NCBI GenBank assembly: GCA_963665235.2
Contig: CAXXLX010000001.1
Coordinates: 2,144,001-2,208,000 of the forward strand
DNA: 64,000 nucleotides
Origin: Candidatus Poribacteria bacterium
GTDB taxonomy: Bacteria; Poribacteria; WGA-4E; WGA-3G
Direction: 5' to 3'
Made by a program: the position numbers and the translations under genes. This document shows positions 21,301 through 31,094 of the stretch, piece by piece (positions within the stretch are counted from its first letter, which is position 1; each line of letters starts with the position of its first letter). The notes under the pieces are model-generated. The model saw nothing but the letters and a program-made list of their open reading frames with translations, was not told the origin of the DNA and did not search any database.

Positions 21301-21827
21301 CTTTTTTCACAGTGGGCACGCAGCAGGTCCCGCTCGAAACCACAGAATTAAACCCCGAAACTGCCCATCTGCACTACCGGGGTTTTTCAGAGATGTACCG
21401 GCCAAATCCGCAGGCACCGCACCTATTCAATTACCAAAACGTGACAACAGCGGCGCAATGGCGAGACCTAGCAGGATATTATACCCGTTATGGCGATGTC
21501 AACCCCTTATTGCAAGCAGTTGACGACATGTACGTTATCCTCAATGCGGGGGATGAAATCACGGTTGAATTTGATGCATCGCGTTTGCCTCCACTCAAAG
21601 CGGGTTGGGTGCGCGACTTCATTCTCTACAGTGATGGATGGGATAAAGATGGGGATATCAACACACTCACATCGCAGACGGTTGAACCGCTACCGTTTCA
21701 CGGCATGTCTGCCTATCCATATCCGGATACGGAACATTATCCTGATGATGAAGCACATCAGCGGTATCGGCTGAAGTACAACACGCGGCGCGTCCTGCAC
21801 CGATTGCCGCTGTTGCCTGAAAAATAA
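18315..21827 (+). CDS. TPR + FG-GAP/VCBS + ASPIC/UnbV (CRTAC1-like) secreted protein
   Basis: N-terminal TPRs; multiple DYDNDGDLD repeats; NRSGIGSKLEV, HFGLG, VVWTNG; GSCPFLY extension. Confidence 0.9.
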   Translation: MLARLTRANTLLSWGIVAILSAITVVGMHRVPLYAQEADSNRTLANAIQHQNLGLAYLEESQPMKAVQEFTALIELLPHEAIGYGNLAVAHLRLQQADVAEKWVKRGIDTAPMESQLHFILSEVYQLKGESASAVEAMKEAVRLAPDELEFRYKLVRHYLGQRNNPDAQQEAVRHLQELHTRSPVNVVVLLKLTQGLIAQSQFEEAEKLCQQLMLLLGDTDAEKLAYLTQGINAIKRSDLKAASRNIRIFENLHRASPRYQQGIGELVTDILGHPIETFRPGFKARIAAKKQPPIVVEFVDVTESLGLANLQNVQNVQSEPAQHITLSLIDYDNDGHLDIYVTPTGTLLKNVGGTFVQENGARDAPKPHTVAHIDLDKDGTQEFLLQTQAGITHLRKDAEGNWVAAPLIQYQEAADDTGVLLPVDFDHDGDLDLFSGRAGITMYQNNGNGTFTDIGAQTFTGDQQTPTDAFAADFDDDGDIDIFAVHRETGCTLFDNLRQGKLRTLNSETGIPQDVHYTAVAPGDYDNDGDIDLFLATTTGINLYRNRGDATFVNDTRSKQILEKERDAPTATLKSLDYDNDGFLDLLLSSKQGLSLFRNDGTGRFTDTSTILKTAAPLEKGIVDAAVGDYDNDGDLDLFLLNDKGQLSALQNSGGNRNNWIQVRLEGITTGNNKVNRSGIGSKLEVKVSDLYQLQYVSHPVSHFGLGTFEAADVVRVVWTNGVPQNVITPKAKQRIIEKQILKGSCPFLYVYDGEKYRFVTDLLWRAPLGLITAMGFVAPDETKDFVKISASQMRPKSGKYSIQITEELWETAYFDRVKLIVVDHPAGMEIFVNEQYTPPPFAEFKIYGVARKNHPKSVVNHKGEDVSDALKTPDYRYAVEHAPGPYQGVVEPHAIVLDLGDIPDNEPVMLYLNGWIFPTDTSINVALSQNPAIQPRFPSVAVKDKTGEWKTVMDMIGIPAGKNKTITVELTGKFLSDDRHVRIETNMQIYWDAAFFTVGTQQVPLETTELNPETAHLHYRGFSEMYRPNPQAPHLFNYQNVTTAAQWRDLAGYYTRYGDVNPLLQAVDDMYVILNAGDEITVEFDASRLPPLKAGWVRDFILYSDGWDKDGDINTLTSQTVEPLPFHGMSAYPYPDTEHYPDDEAHQRYRLKYNTRRVLHRLPLLPEK

Positions 21828-21834
21828 GAGGATT

Positions 21835-22051
21835 GCTGACTACACCTCGCGTTCAACCCGGCGCAACGGGAGATATAAAATTAGCGATTAGCGATTAGCG
21901 ATTAGCAATTGGCAAGAGTTTGTGATTATAATCATATTTCTGACGAGCGTTTTATATTTCTTGCCATAAACCAACATCTATAAGCCAATAGTCAAATAGC
22001 AGCAGGCTGACTACACGTCGCTTTCAACCCGGCGCAACGGGAGATATAAAA
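21835..22051. repeat. 46-bp direct repeat duplicating the MFS gene 3' end, flanking a 125-bp insert with (TTAGCGA)n
   Basis: 21835-21880 vs 22006-22051, 2 mismatches; heptamer repeats from 21881. Confidence 0.85.
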
Positions 22052-23237
22052 AAGCGGTCGCGATTATCAAGATGCCTGCCAAGACAACGTAAGAATAGGC
22101 ATTGTTTCCGTAGAGCCAACTGCCGAGTACTTTGCTAAAAACTGTTTTAATAAATTCAGGGTGTGCCGATGTCTCATAGAGCCAACCGCCGAGAATCGGT
22201 CCTAAGATACGTCCTAAACTTAAAAACGCGTCCATAATTCCGATAGCCGTGCCTTGTCCAATTTGGGTTTGCTTAGAAATCCATGACGTATTCGTCGGCC
22301 TGATGAGTTGATTCCCGATGCCCGTAATAGTGAGATAGAGGGTTAGCGTTACGAAGGAAAAAGCGTTGAGCAGCAGTGCCATACCGAGGACGTTTAGCAG
22401 TAAACCGCCTATAATTATCCGACGCTCTCCCAGGATGTTAATTAATCGACCGAGCAATCCACCCTGTATCGGCACGACAATCACGCCCATGACCATGAAC
22501 ATCCATCCCATCTCTCGCTCACCAAAACCCCAACCTGCTTCAATGAAATACGGAAACGTGATTTCTAGTCCGGCAAAACTGAAGGTGGAGAAAAACGCTA
22601 CCAAGAAAAGGGGTGTCAGCGGTGATTTCAACGTTGTTCTGCGGAATACCTCGCGGGGTGATATCCATTCGTGGCGCTCTTCAATTGCATCTTTCTGAAG
22701 CGATTCCGGTAACAGCACAAGCGAAAAAAGAAAGGTTAACAAGGACAACCCTCCCGCGACAAAGAAGGGAAGGTCGTGCCGGCCCATCACACCGCCAATC
22801 GCCGGGCCGAGAATGAAACCGAGTCCCATGGCTGCCCCCATAAAACCCATGCCTTTTCCGCGTTCTTCTGATGTAGTGACATCAGCGACGTAAGCCATCA
22901 CACTCGGCAAGACCGCCGCTGAGGCGATACCCGCCGCACTCCGTGCAATGAAGAGCGATATGTACTGCTTCGCCATTCCGAAGGCTACTAAGGCGATGGC
23001 ATTTCCGAGCAATCCGAACAGAATCGCCGGTTTTCTGCCGTGCTTGTCTGATAACCTACCCCAGATGGGTGCAAACAGTAGTTGCATCCCGGAATAGATA
23101 GACATTAATATTGCAGTTTCGGTGGGAGTTGCCCCGATATCTTCTGCGTAATAAGCGAGGTTCGGAATGATGATGCCGAACCCAAGCATCACGAAAAATA
23201 GGGTGAAAAATAGGATAAGCAGTCTTGATTTTTTCAT
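22011..23237 (-). CDS. MFS transporter (TetA/DHA1-like)
   Basis: WGRLSDKHGRK motif A; GFILGPAIGG motif C; about 12 TMs. Confidence 0.92.
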   Translation of the reverse strand: MKKSRLLILFFTLFFVMLGFGIIIPNLAYYAEDIGATPTETAILMSIYSGMQLLFAPIWGRLSDKHGRKPAILFGLLGNAIALVAFGMAKQYISLFIARSAAGIASAAVLPSVMAYVADVTTSEERGKGMGFMGAAMGLGFILGPAIGGVMGRHDLPFFVAGGLSLLTFLFSLVLLPESLQKDAIEERHEWISPREVFRRTTLKSPLTPLFLVAFFSTFSFAGLEITFPYFIEAGWGFGEREMGWMFMVMGVIVVPIQGGLLGRLINILGERRIIIGGLLLNVLGMALLLNAFSFVTLTLYLTITGIGNQLIRPTNTSWISKQTQIGQGTAIGIMDAFLSLGRILGPILGGWLYETSAHPEFIKTVFSKVLGSWLYGNNAYSYVVLAGILIIATAFLYLPLRRVESDV

Positions 23238-23481
23238 CTAATTAAACGCGAAAACTCCCAATGAAGAAGCCATGCCTTTTCTGTGCCAATCGGTGTGTTC
23301 TAGGGGTGCAAATGCTATGAATATAATAACATTCATTATAGCAGATTTGCACAGCATGTGTCAAATTAAAAATAGGAAATCGGGAATTTTGTTGTGGTAA
23401 TTTTAACGAATTTCTGTTATAATAAATGCAGGTTTCATAATTCATAATTCGTTCATAAAAAGCCAAAAAATAGGAGGATTC

Positions 23482-26400
23482 ATGTCTTCGGAATTCGTTC
23501 ATCTACATAACCATAGCGAGTATAGCATGCTTGATGGCGCGTGTCGCATTGCGGACATGGTGGAGTGGGCAGTTGAAAACAGTGCCCCCGCTGTTGCCCT
23601 CACGGACCACGGTAATATGTTCGGCGCATGGGAATTTTACACAGCCGCCCAAAAGGCAGGGGTGAACCCAATTGTCGGGTGTGAGGTCTACGTAGCTCCC
23701 GGAAGCCGTAAAACACGCGGGAAAGAGCAGGGCGGTCCCTACCATCTCACGCTGCTCGTAGAGGATGCAACCGGCTACCGTAACCTCATAGAATTAGTAT
23801 CGCGCGCTTACACAGAAGGTTTCTATAGCAAACCCCGCATCGACATGGAAATTTTGCGCGAATACCGAGACGGAATTATCGCACTGACAGGGTGTATACA
23901 GGGACAGGTACCACAACTCGTCTGTTCAAATAAAAAAGAGGAGGGGGTACAAAACTTTAAAACACTTATGGAGATAATGGGTGAACGGAATCTCTACGTT
24001 GAGGTGCAAAATCACTACATCGACAAAGAACTGGAGGCTTACCCGGTGATGGTTCAGTTGGCGCAAGAATTTAATCTTCCGCTCGTTGGCACAAACGATT
24101 GTCACTACCTCCGCAAATCCGATCACCGGATGCACGATGTTCTTCTCTGTATCCAAACGAAGAAAACTGTGAATGACCAGCAACGGCTGCAATTTGACAA
24201 CCATTTCTATTTTAAAAGTGTTGACGAAATGCGTGAAGTTCTGAAAAATTACCCGCCTGAAGCGATTAGCAATACGCTTGAAATTGCCAAACGGTGTGGC
24301 AACCTTAAACTCGACTACGGCGAAAGTCTCATGCCGAAATATGAGGTCCCCGATGGACACACAAACGACAGTTATCTCAAGGAGTTATGCTATCAAGGTT
24401 TACGCGAAAAGTACGGTGAACTTTCCGAAGAAATTCAACAGCGGCTCGATTATGAACTAGATATTATCAGTCAAACCGGCTACTCCGGCTATTTTCTCAT
24501 CGTGTGGGATTACGTTAAATATGCCCATAAACAGGGGTACCCGCTGACTGCCCGCGGCTCCGCTGCTAGCAGCCTTGTGCTGTACGCCCTCGACGTGATT
24601 ACCTTCAATCCGATGGATTACGACTGCCTCTTTGAAAGATTCTTGAACCTTGAACGTGTCAGTCCACCCGATATCGATATAGACTTCGCCGATCAGGCAC
24701 GTGCCCATGTTGTTGAATACCTTGTGAAAAAGTACGGTGAAGCTTCTGTCGGCAAAGTCGTTACCTTTGCAACGTTGGGGGCAAAATCGGCTATCAAAGA
24801 TGTCGGACGTGCCCTTGAAAAACCGCTCGAAAATGTAGAGAAATTGACAGAACTTATTCCAACTATCCCCGGTATAACCATCGAACGTGTCTTGGAAGAG
24901 GTGCCCGAATTTCAGACACTCGCGGAACTCCCTGAAAATCAGGAATTAATGGAACTCAGTAAAGCGGTTGAAGGCATGAAACGGCACGTCTCTTGTCATG
25001 CATCCGCGTACGTCGTTTCAAACGGTCCCCTGACGGATATCGCTCCCCTATTTAAGGATAAACATGACCAGGTGGCGACGCAATTTGAGGGCAAAACCGT
25101 TGAGGCTGTGGGCATCGTCAAATTAGACCTGCTCGGTTTGCGGAGCCTTACAGAAATTTATGACTGCCTTCAGATGATTAAGACGAACCACGGTGAGGAT
25201 ATCAAACTGGACCAGATTCCGTTTGATGATAAACAGACCTATTCGCTGATTAGCAAAGGGTTAATCGCAGGTTTATTTCAGTTGGAAACCTCCCCCGGTA
25301 TGTATCGGGTTGTTACCCAGCTCAAACCGGACAATTTCGAGGAATTCTCTGCCATTCCTGCTCTCTATCGTCCAGGGCCGCTGGAAAGTGGTACGATGCA
25401 ACAGTTCATAAATCGCAAGAATGGCTTGGAACCAGCGAAGGCTGTGCATCCGTTGCTTGAGGATGCGCTCAAAAATACCTACGGCGTGTGTGTCTATCAA
25501 GAACAGGTGATGCAAATTGCACGTGACATGGCGGGTTTTACGCTTGGTGAAGCGGATATACTCCGCTCCGCGATGGGGAAGAAAAACGAAGCGCTGCTTG
25601 CCGCACAACGTGAAAAATTTGTCGAAGGTGCAATCAAAAACGGGGTTGCAAAGGCGGAAGCTGAGAGCGTGTATAACCTGCTTGAACCTTTTGGCGGTTA
25701 TGCTTTCAATAAGTCGCATACTGTCACGTACTCCATGTTATCCTACCGCATGGCATACCTGAAAACCCATTATCCGCGTGAGTTCATGGCAGCGATGATG
25801 ACCGGAGAAGCAGCCTACTCCGAGAAAATTACACGTTACCGCGCAGAATGTAAAAAACTCGCTGAGTTCTTGGAAGTAGAAATCAACCTTTTACCCCCTG
25901 ATGTTAATAGCAGCTATAAGGATTTCACCGTGGATGGCAACGATATCTGCTTCGGACTTGTCGCTGTCAAAAGTGTCGGGGATAACGCAATAGACGCAAT
26001 TGTGGAGGCACGCGAACAGGGCGGGTCGTTCACCTCTCTACAGGATTTCTGCGAACGCATCGATACCAAATTGGTCAGTAAACGCGCAATTGAAAGTCTA
26101 ATTATGAGCGGGGCATTCGATTCCTTCGAGGGACACCGAGCGCAACACCTCGCCAATCTAGAAAATATCCTGAAAGCCTCACAGAGCGCACAAGCCGAAC
26201 GGGACCGGGGACAGATGAACCTCTTCCTAGATGCCGAAGAGACACCAACGCTTACCGTAACGCTCACCGAAACAGAGGAGTATGCCGCATTAGAACGGCT
26301 CAAACTCGAAAAGGAGCAGCTCGGATTCTACATCTCCGGACACCCCCTTGAGGAATACCGTGATATTATTGAATACTACACAAACACCAGCACCCAAACC

Positions 26401-27003
26401 CTTGCTACACATTCCATCAACGCCGAGGTTGACATCGCGGGAATGATTACGGAGGTGAGAAATCACACCACAAAGAAAAAGGAAGCCATGGCGGTGTTTG
26501 AACTAGAGGACTTAGAAGGCACAGTAAAAATTGTCGTTTTCCCGAAAGCCTACAAAGCATCGGTTGAACTGAAAGAGGAAAAGGTGGTCTGGCTCCGCGG
26601 AACAGTCAATCAGGACAATAGAAACCGGAAGTCTGAGGATGGGACAGAAAGGGAGGAACGTCAAATCCTTGCTGACAAAATTTTGAACATTGAATCTGTC
26701 GCCGAGCAACAGACATCCGCACTTGAGGTGACGATTCCGGAGGCTGATATTGGCGACATGGCGAAATTCGAAACACTTCAGAAAATCGCACTTGCCAACA
26801 AAGGTGACCTGGACCTGATTCTACGTCTCACGAGCTCCCGCTTCGGTGAAGTCATCGCACAATGTGGTGGGAAGTACACTGTGGCAAATAAACCCCAAGT
26901 TATTGAAGAGGTGGAGGGGTTGTTCGGAGCAAATTGCATCAAGCCGAGCAACCGCACGATACGCGGAAATAAGAGCCGCTCCTCGCGGATAGATTATGTC
27001 TAA
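23482..27003 (+). CDS. dnaE: DNA polymerase III alpha subunit
   Basis: PHP HLHNHSEYS/TDHG; RGSAAS; PDIDIDF; FGGYAFNKSH; OB fold. Confidence 0.98.
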   Translation: MSSEFVHLHNHSEYSMLDGACRIADMVEWAVENSAPAVALTDHGNMFGAWEFYTAAQKAGVNPIVGCEVYVAPGSRKTRGKEQGGPYHLTLLVEDATGYRNLIELVSRAYTEGFYSKPRIDMEILREYRDGIIALTGCIQGQVPQLVCSNKKEEGVQNFKTLMEIMGERNLYVEVQNHYIDKELEAYPVMVQLAQEFNLPLVGTNDCHYLRKSDHRMHDVLLCIQTKKTVNDQQRLQFDNHFYFKSVDEMREVLKNYPPEAISNTLEIAKRCGNLKLDYGESLMPKYEVPDGHTNDSYLKELCYQGLREKYGELSEEIQQRLDYELDIISQTGYSGYFLIVWDYVKYAHKQGYPLTARGSAASSLVLYALDVITFNPMDYDCLFERFLNLERVSPPDIDIDFADQARAHVVEYLVKKYGEASVGKVVTFATLGAKSAIKDVGRALEKPLENVEKLTELIPTIPGITIERVLEEVPEFQTLAELPENQELMELSKAVEGMKRHVSCHASAYVVSNGPLTDIAPLFKDKHDQVATQFEGKTVEAVGIVKLDLLGLRSLTEIYDCLQMIKTNHGEDIKLDQIPFDDKQTYSLISKGLIAGLFQLETSPGMYRVVTQLKPDNFEEFSAIPALYRPGPLESGTMQQFINRKNGLEPAKAVHPLLEDALKNTYGVCVYQEQVMQIARDMAGFTLGEADILRSAMGKKNEALLAAQREKFVEGAIKNGVAKAEAESVYNLLEPFGGYAFNKSHTVTYSMLSYRMAYLKTHYPREFMAAMMTGEAAYSEKITRYRAECKKLAEFLEVEINLLPPDVNSSYKDFTVDGNDICFGLVAVKSVGDNAIDAIVEAREQGGSFTSLQDFCERIDTKLVSKRAIESLIMSGAFDSFEGHRAQHLANLENILKASQSAQAERDRGQMNLFLDAEETPTLTVTLTETEEYAALERLKLEKEQLGFYISGHPLEEYRDIIEYYTNTSTQTLATHSINAEVDIAGMITEVRNHTTKKKEAMAVFELEDLEGTVKIVVFPKAYKASVELKEEKVVWLRGTVNQDNRNRKSEDGTEREERQILADKILNIESVAEQQTSALEVTIPEADIGDMAKFETLQKIALANKGDLDLILRLTSSRFGEVIAQCGGKYTVANKPQVIEEVEGLFGANCIKPSNRTIRGNKSRSSRIDYV

Positions 27004-27042
27004 CCCGCATGCAAAGGACTGACCCCAGGAGGTAATCAACTT

Positions 27043-27867
27043 ATGCAATACCGCACACTCGGTAAAAAAACAGGACTCAACGTTTCTGAAATCGGTTACG
27101 GTGGTGGTAGGGTGCGCCCAACGCACGATGAAGCAGCATTGGTCAATATGCTTCATTACGCCATAGACCACGGCATCAATTACATAGACACCGCTCCTAC
27201 CTACGGGGGCGGTTATAGCGAAACCGTTATCGGTAAGGCAATTGCGGACCGCCGAGACGCATGCATCGTCGCAACGAAAACCGAAGCGTTTACGCCAGAT
27301 GGAATCGTCGCCGATGTGGAAGGCAGCTTACAACGGCTCAATACCGACTATATCGATGTGCTTCAATTTCACGGCGGCTGGTTTTATGCTGAACAGACAG
27401 AGCAGATTCTGAACGGCGGCGGCTTGGAAAAATATCTGAAACTCAGGGAGGAGGGGACAGTCCGATTTATCGGATTTTCCGCAGACGGTCCCTCTAGTGG
27501 CACAGAACAGCTGATTGCCACCGGCGAGTTCGATATGATGCAAATCCATTACAACCTGATGTATCAGAGCACTTGCGATACCTTCGGCAGACGCGGAGTT
27601 ATCCCGGATGCTGTTGAGCAAGAGATGGGAATTGTGTTGATGCGTTCTACCACCAGCAACGCCTTCCAAAATCTGATGAAGCACTGCTTCCCTAACGAAA
27701 TGGCGGACGTTGATGTAGATAGCTTTTTACTCAACTATTCCCTCTCCAACCCGATGGTGGATGTCGCGCTGATGAGCCTGCAAAGTACTAACGATGTGGA
27801 CTGGACAAACGCAGTGTCGGAGGACGTAGCGGCACGTCTGGATTTGCGAGCAATTCATGGAAGGTAG
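27043..27867 (+). CDS. Aldo/keto reductase
   Basis: YRTLGK.TGL.VSEIG, IDTAPTYG, SLQRLNTDYID. Confidence 0.92.
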   Translation: MQYRTLGKKTGLNVSEIGYGGGRVRPTHDEAALVNMLHYAIDHGINYIDTAPTYGGGYSETVIGKAIADRRDACIVATKTEAFTPDGIVADVEGSLQRLNTDYIDVLQFHGGWFYAEQTEQILNGGGLEKYLKLREEGTVRFIGFSADGPSSGTEQLIATGEFDMMQIHYNLMYQSTCDTFGRRGVIPDAVEQEMGIVLMRSTTSNAFQNLMKHCFPNEMADVDVDSFLLNYSLSNPMVDVALMSLQSTNDVDWTNAVSEDVAARLDLRAIHGR

Positions 27868-27871
27868 GCAT

Positions 27872-28273
27872 TTAAGGGATTCGTGGAGGCCTCTCGTCTA
27901 CTGATGCCTCCTCCTTGCTCAGCACTTCCACGAGGTGATAGGCGTAACGCCCAACATCTTGAATCTCTGTCCCTCGGTCCTCAAGCCTGACTTTGAGCGT
28001 ATAGATATACCCTGGCACAAAGTCGAACCCCTGTATGCTTTCATAGAAATACTCCCACTGCTGGGTTTCCTCGTTGAATTCCAGAAAGCAATCCTGTTCA
28101 ATGAAACCTTGACATCTTACGGTGTAGGGGCCGATAATGATGGTTTCTATGTGCTCGCCATCGGGGGTGATGGGAAGACGGGTACCGTTGGTTGACGAAT
28201 CTCTATCACAGCCGATGGAGAACAGGAGTAAGAGTAAGGCAATTGAGGTTAAGTATTTTTGAAACAGTGGCAT
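27872..28273 (-). CDS. DUF4377-like lipoprotein
   Basis: Lipobox SIGC; C...C, IQGFDFVPGYIYTLKV, Y.LVEVLSK. Confidence 0.75.
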   Translation of the reverse strand: MPLFQKYLTSIALLLLLFSIGCDRDSSTNGTRLPITPDGEHIETIIIGPYTVRCQGFIEQDCFLEFNEETQQWEYFYESIQGFDFVPGYIYTLKVRLEDRGTEIQDVGRYAYHLVEVLSKEEASVDERPPRIP

Positions 28274-28327
28274 GTTTTTCCTCCATGTTGGTAGTAGGAT
28301 GATTTATCACCCGTTCCGACTTGGTGC

Positions 28328-29263
28328 CTAAGCGTCTGGGGGTTCCCCGGGTTTTGCTAACCGAGCGATATAAGCTTCCTGATAGGTTTCCCAGTCCTCC
28401 GTGGGGGGAATCTCAAAAAGCCCGGAGGTCCAGACACGCGGTTTCTTTTCAATCCGCATCAACATATCCCGCGCACTCAGATATTGCCAGTACTCGTTGA
28501 AATTTCGGATTGTGACGTTTCTATCGAGAAGGTTTTGGAGCCATTCCTTGCGCGGGTATTTCTCATCTATTTCAGCAAGCGGCAGCAATTTCCCACTGTA
28601 TGCCAAAATCTCAACCCCGTTTATTACATGAGACTGGGCGACCGTGGAGCCCGCGTGCCGTTCGTTGTACCGGGTATCGAACCTCGCCATCAATGCTTCT
28701 GGGGTGTTCTGTTCCGTGCGTTCTTCCGAACCTCTGTGTTCTTCGAGCTGGGCTCGGATTCTTTCGGCATGTTCTTCCGCTGTTTCACGGTATCTTCGGA
28801 CCTGCTCACGAATTCTTTCAACCTGGTTCGCGGCAGCATCGTGCTGCTCTTCTATTTGGTTGTGAATGTTTTTAATTTGTTCTTCGGCGTTTCTACTGTT
28901 TTCTTCGATGTCGCTGTGAATTCTTTCAATCTGCTCCGAGACGGTTTCCTGATGTTGTGCTAACTCATTCTGAAGTCGCTGAATCTGTTCTTCTAATTCG
29001 TTCTGAAGCCGCTGAATCTGTTCCTTCACAGCCTCCCGATGTTCCGCTAACCCGTGGTGGAGCAGCTGAATCCGTTCTTCAGCAGTCTGTCTCTCTTTGT
29101 GCTGCTGCTCGTGAATTTTTGTAATCTGTTCTTCAGCAGTGCGTCTATGCTGTTCTACCTGATTCTCGATTCGCTGAATCCACGCTTCTGCAGCACTTTC
29201 ATGTTCTGCTATCTGGACCTCTGTTTCTGCGATAAATTTTTCAGCATGTTCCAGAGTGTTCAT
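28328..29263 (-). CDS. 18-residue-repeat coiled-coil protein with conserved C-terminal domain
   Basis: Repeats such as AEEQITKIHEQQHKERQT; C-terminal DEKYPRKEWLQ...WETYQEAYI. Confidence 0.75.
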   Translation of the reverse strand: MNTLEHAEKFIAETEVQIAEHESAAEAWIQRIENQVEQHRRTAEEQITKIHEQQHKERQTAEERIQLLHHGLAEHREAVKEQIQRLQNELEEQIQRLQNELAQHQETVSEQIERIHSDIEENSRNAEEQIKNIHNQIEEQHDAAANQVERIREQVRRYRETAEEHAERIRAQLEEHRGSEERTEQNTPEALMARFDTRYNERHAGSTVAQSHVINGVEILAYSGKLLPLAEIDEKYPRKEWLQNLLDRNVTIRNFNEYWQYLSARDMLMRIEKKPRVWTSGLFEIPPTEDWETYQEAYIARLAKPGEPPDA

Positions 29264-29328
29264 CGATTTTTCTCCTTTGTGTATGCGGCAGCTTCCGCTA
29301 CCGCATACCTAAATCCCGTGGTATATGC

Positions 29329-30843
29329 CTAAAACGTGCTTTCGCTGTTTGTAATTGCACACCACCGCGCTGTAAGCAGATAATCGAAAAGAGCAGATTC
29401 GGCTTCCGGGGTGCCAATTCGTTTCAGCGCGTGGATAGCGTTGTCCCGCACGTATCGATTCCTATCGGTGAGTGCAGTCTGCAAAACCGGAATAGCATCG
29501 CTTGAAGCTGGACCAATCTGTGCTAATGCCAACGCTGCTTCAAAACGGACCTGTACATCCTCATCGTTAGCTAGCATATCGATTAAGACAGGGACAGCAG
29601 GTGCTGCAGGCGCGCCGATACCGCCGAGGGCTTCGGGAATATAGCGGCGGACTTCAACTTTGCTGTCTTTCGCGCGTGCTATTAGTGCTGGGACTGCCGG
29701 TTCCGCTGCTCTACCTATCTGTGCAAGTGCGTAAGTTGCCTCCACCCGTGTTTGGTCATTTTCCTGTTCCAAAGCTTCGGAAAGTGCTGGCACTGCTGGC
29801 GCGCCAACTGCTGCTAAGGCATAAGCGACTGTCCGTCGCTTCGGCCCATTTTCATCGACAAGCAACTCTATCAGCTTCGGCACAGCAGGTGCGCCGATGG
29901 CTCCTAAGGCATAAGCAGCGCTTAGACGCACCGGTTCATAATTGTCGGGCAAAACCTGAATTAGCATTGGCACCGCTTCCGTTGCAGCTTCACCTGACAG
30001 GCCCAATTTGTCCGCTGCACGCGACCGCAAAGCTGGGTCAGCACCTCCTAACGCCTCAATGTAACTTGCAATATCTCCATTTGCCGGCTGAACAGTGTGC
30101 CCGTTGGATTTGTTTCCTGTCATCCACTGCCAGACATGCCGCCATGTTCCTTCGTGCCGTAGGGCGACCGGATTGCCATTTTCAGGGATGCCATCCGCTT
30201 TCCAACTTGCATCGGATACGTTCCATTCGGGGGTTTGCGGTTCGTCCATCCGAATAAACTGAAATTTCATCATGTAACGGGTTTTATCGGTCTGATTTGC
30301 CATTGCGCGGTGCCACAAATCGAAGTGGATAAGCGTTACGGTGCCTGCCTCCCCGCTGAGAGCCAATTCACCGTCGTTGTTTTCGGTAATTCGTGTGCTG
30401 TAATACTGCGTTCCTGGCAAAACAGACGAGGGCCCAATTTCCACCGGTGCATCCTGTGGATAGTAGAACGCCATCGCCCATCTTGGACAGTGGTGGCGTA
30501 CCTTTTGATGTCCCCAATAGCTATCCTTGTGAAACCCCTGCCCACCGCTGTGTGGCTGGTTCCGATGCGGATGCCGATGGGAATGCATCACATAATTCTG
30601 TCCCAAAATACTCGTCAATGCCCCGCGAACCGTGGACTCCTCAAAAACGGCTTGCAATTCCGGAACTCGCGGTAAAATGTTATTTCCCAAATTTCCCTCT
30701 TTCTCCGTGAATTCCTGCGTTTTACGATAGATTGTCTCATGAACACTTCGCGGCAGGTCGGCCTTCACTGTGACATAACCGTTCACAATGAAATCCCGCA
30801 TCTGTTCATCGCTAAAAAGGTTTGAATGCCCTTGCATTGTCAA
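29329..30843 (-). CDS. Phytanoyl-CoA dioxygenase (PhyH) domain + HEAT repeats
   Basis: FHKD...LWHRA metal triad; PBS/HEAT repeats (VR..AA.ALG.IG..AVP.L). Confidence 0.88.
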   Translation of the reverse strand: MTMQGHSNLFSDEQMRDFIVNGYVTVKADLPRSVHETIYRKTQEFTEKEGNLGNNILPRVPELQAVFEESTVRGALTSILGQNYVMHSHRHPHRNQPHSGGQGFHKDSYWGHQKVRHHCPRWAMAFYYPQDAPVEIGPSSVLPGTQYYSTRITENNDGELALSGEAGTVTLIHFDLWHRAMANQTDKTRYMMKFQFIRMDEPQTPEWNVSDASWKADGIPENGNPVALRHEGTWRHVWQWMTGNKSNGHTVQPANGDIASYIEALGGADPALRSRAADKLGLSGEAATEAVPMLIQVLPDNYEPVRLSAAYALGAIGAPAVPKLIELLVDENGPKRRTVAYALAAVGAPAVPALSEALEQENDQTRVEATYALAQIGRAAEPAVPALIARAKDSKVEVRRYIPEALGGIGAPAAPAVPVLIDMLANDEDVQVRFEAALALAQIGPASSDAIPVLQTALTDRNRYVRDNAIHALKRIGTPEAESALFDYLLTARWCAITNSESTF

Positions 30844-31019
30844 CTCTCCATTTTTGTATGAAAATTAATAGACTCAGTCACTAGTGTCGCAATCTTCCGA
30901 TTGGGTACCTATAATTTTACCATAGTTTGAAGTATTTGTCACATATTTTTTAGGGGAGGTGCCCATATTTTGGCGAAAAGGGGGATGGAAGATTGGAAGG
31001 ATGGAAGGATGGAAGATTA

Positions 31020-31094
31020 GATTTCGCGTGTGTTGTCAGAATCGCGGATTACACAGAGGACACAGAGAACGCGGAAAAAGAGGATTGTTGCTAA
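31020..31094. repeat. Dispersed repeat (copy A), target of the TACCATTT element
   Basis: GATTTCGCGTGTGTTGTCAGAATCGCGGATTACACAGAGGACACAGAGAACGCGGAAAAAGAGG also at 34819-34927; partial copy near 14306; preceded by GGAAGGAT octamers. Confidence 0.8.

Noticed and set aside
23482-27003. Intein-containing or error-prone (DnaE2) polymerase
   Set aside because: Normal length, PHP motifs present, no intein motifs, no imuAB nearby
29601-30257. Long antisense and overlapping ORFs in the track (also 13598-14194 and others)
   Set aside because: Shadow ORFs of well-supported genes on the opposite strand, with no motifs
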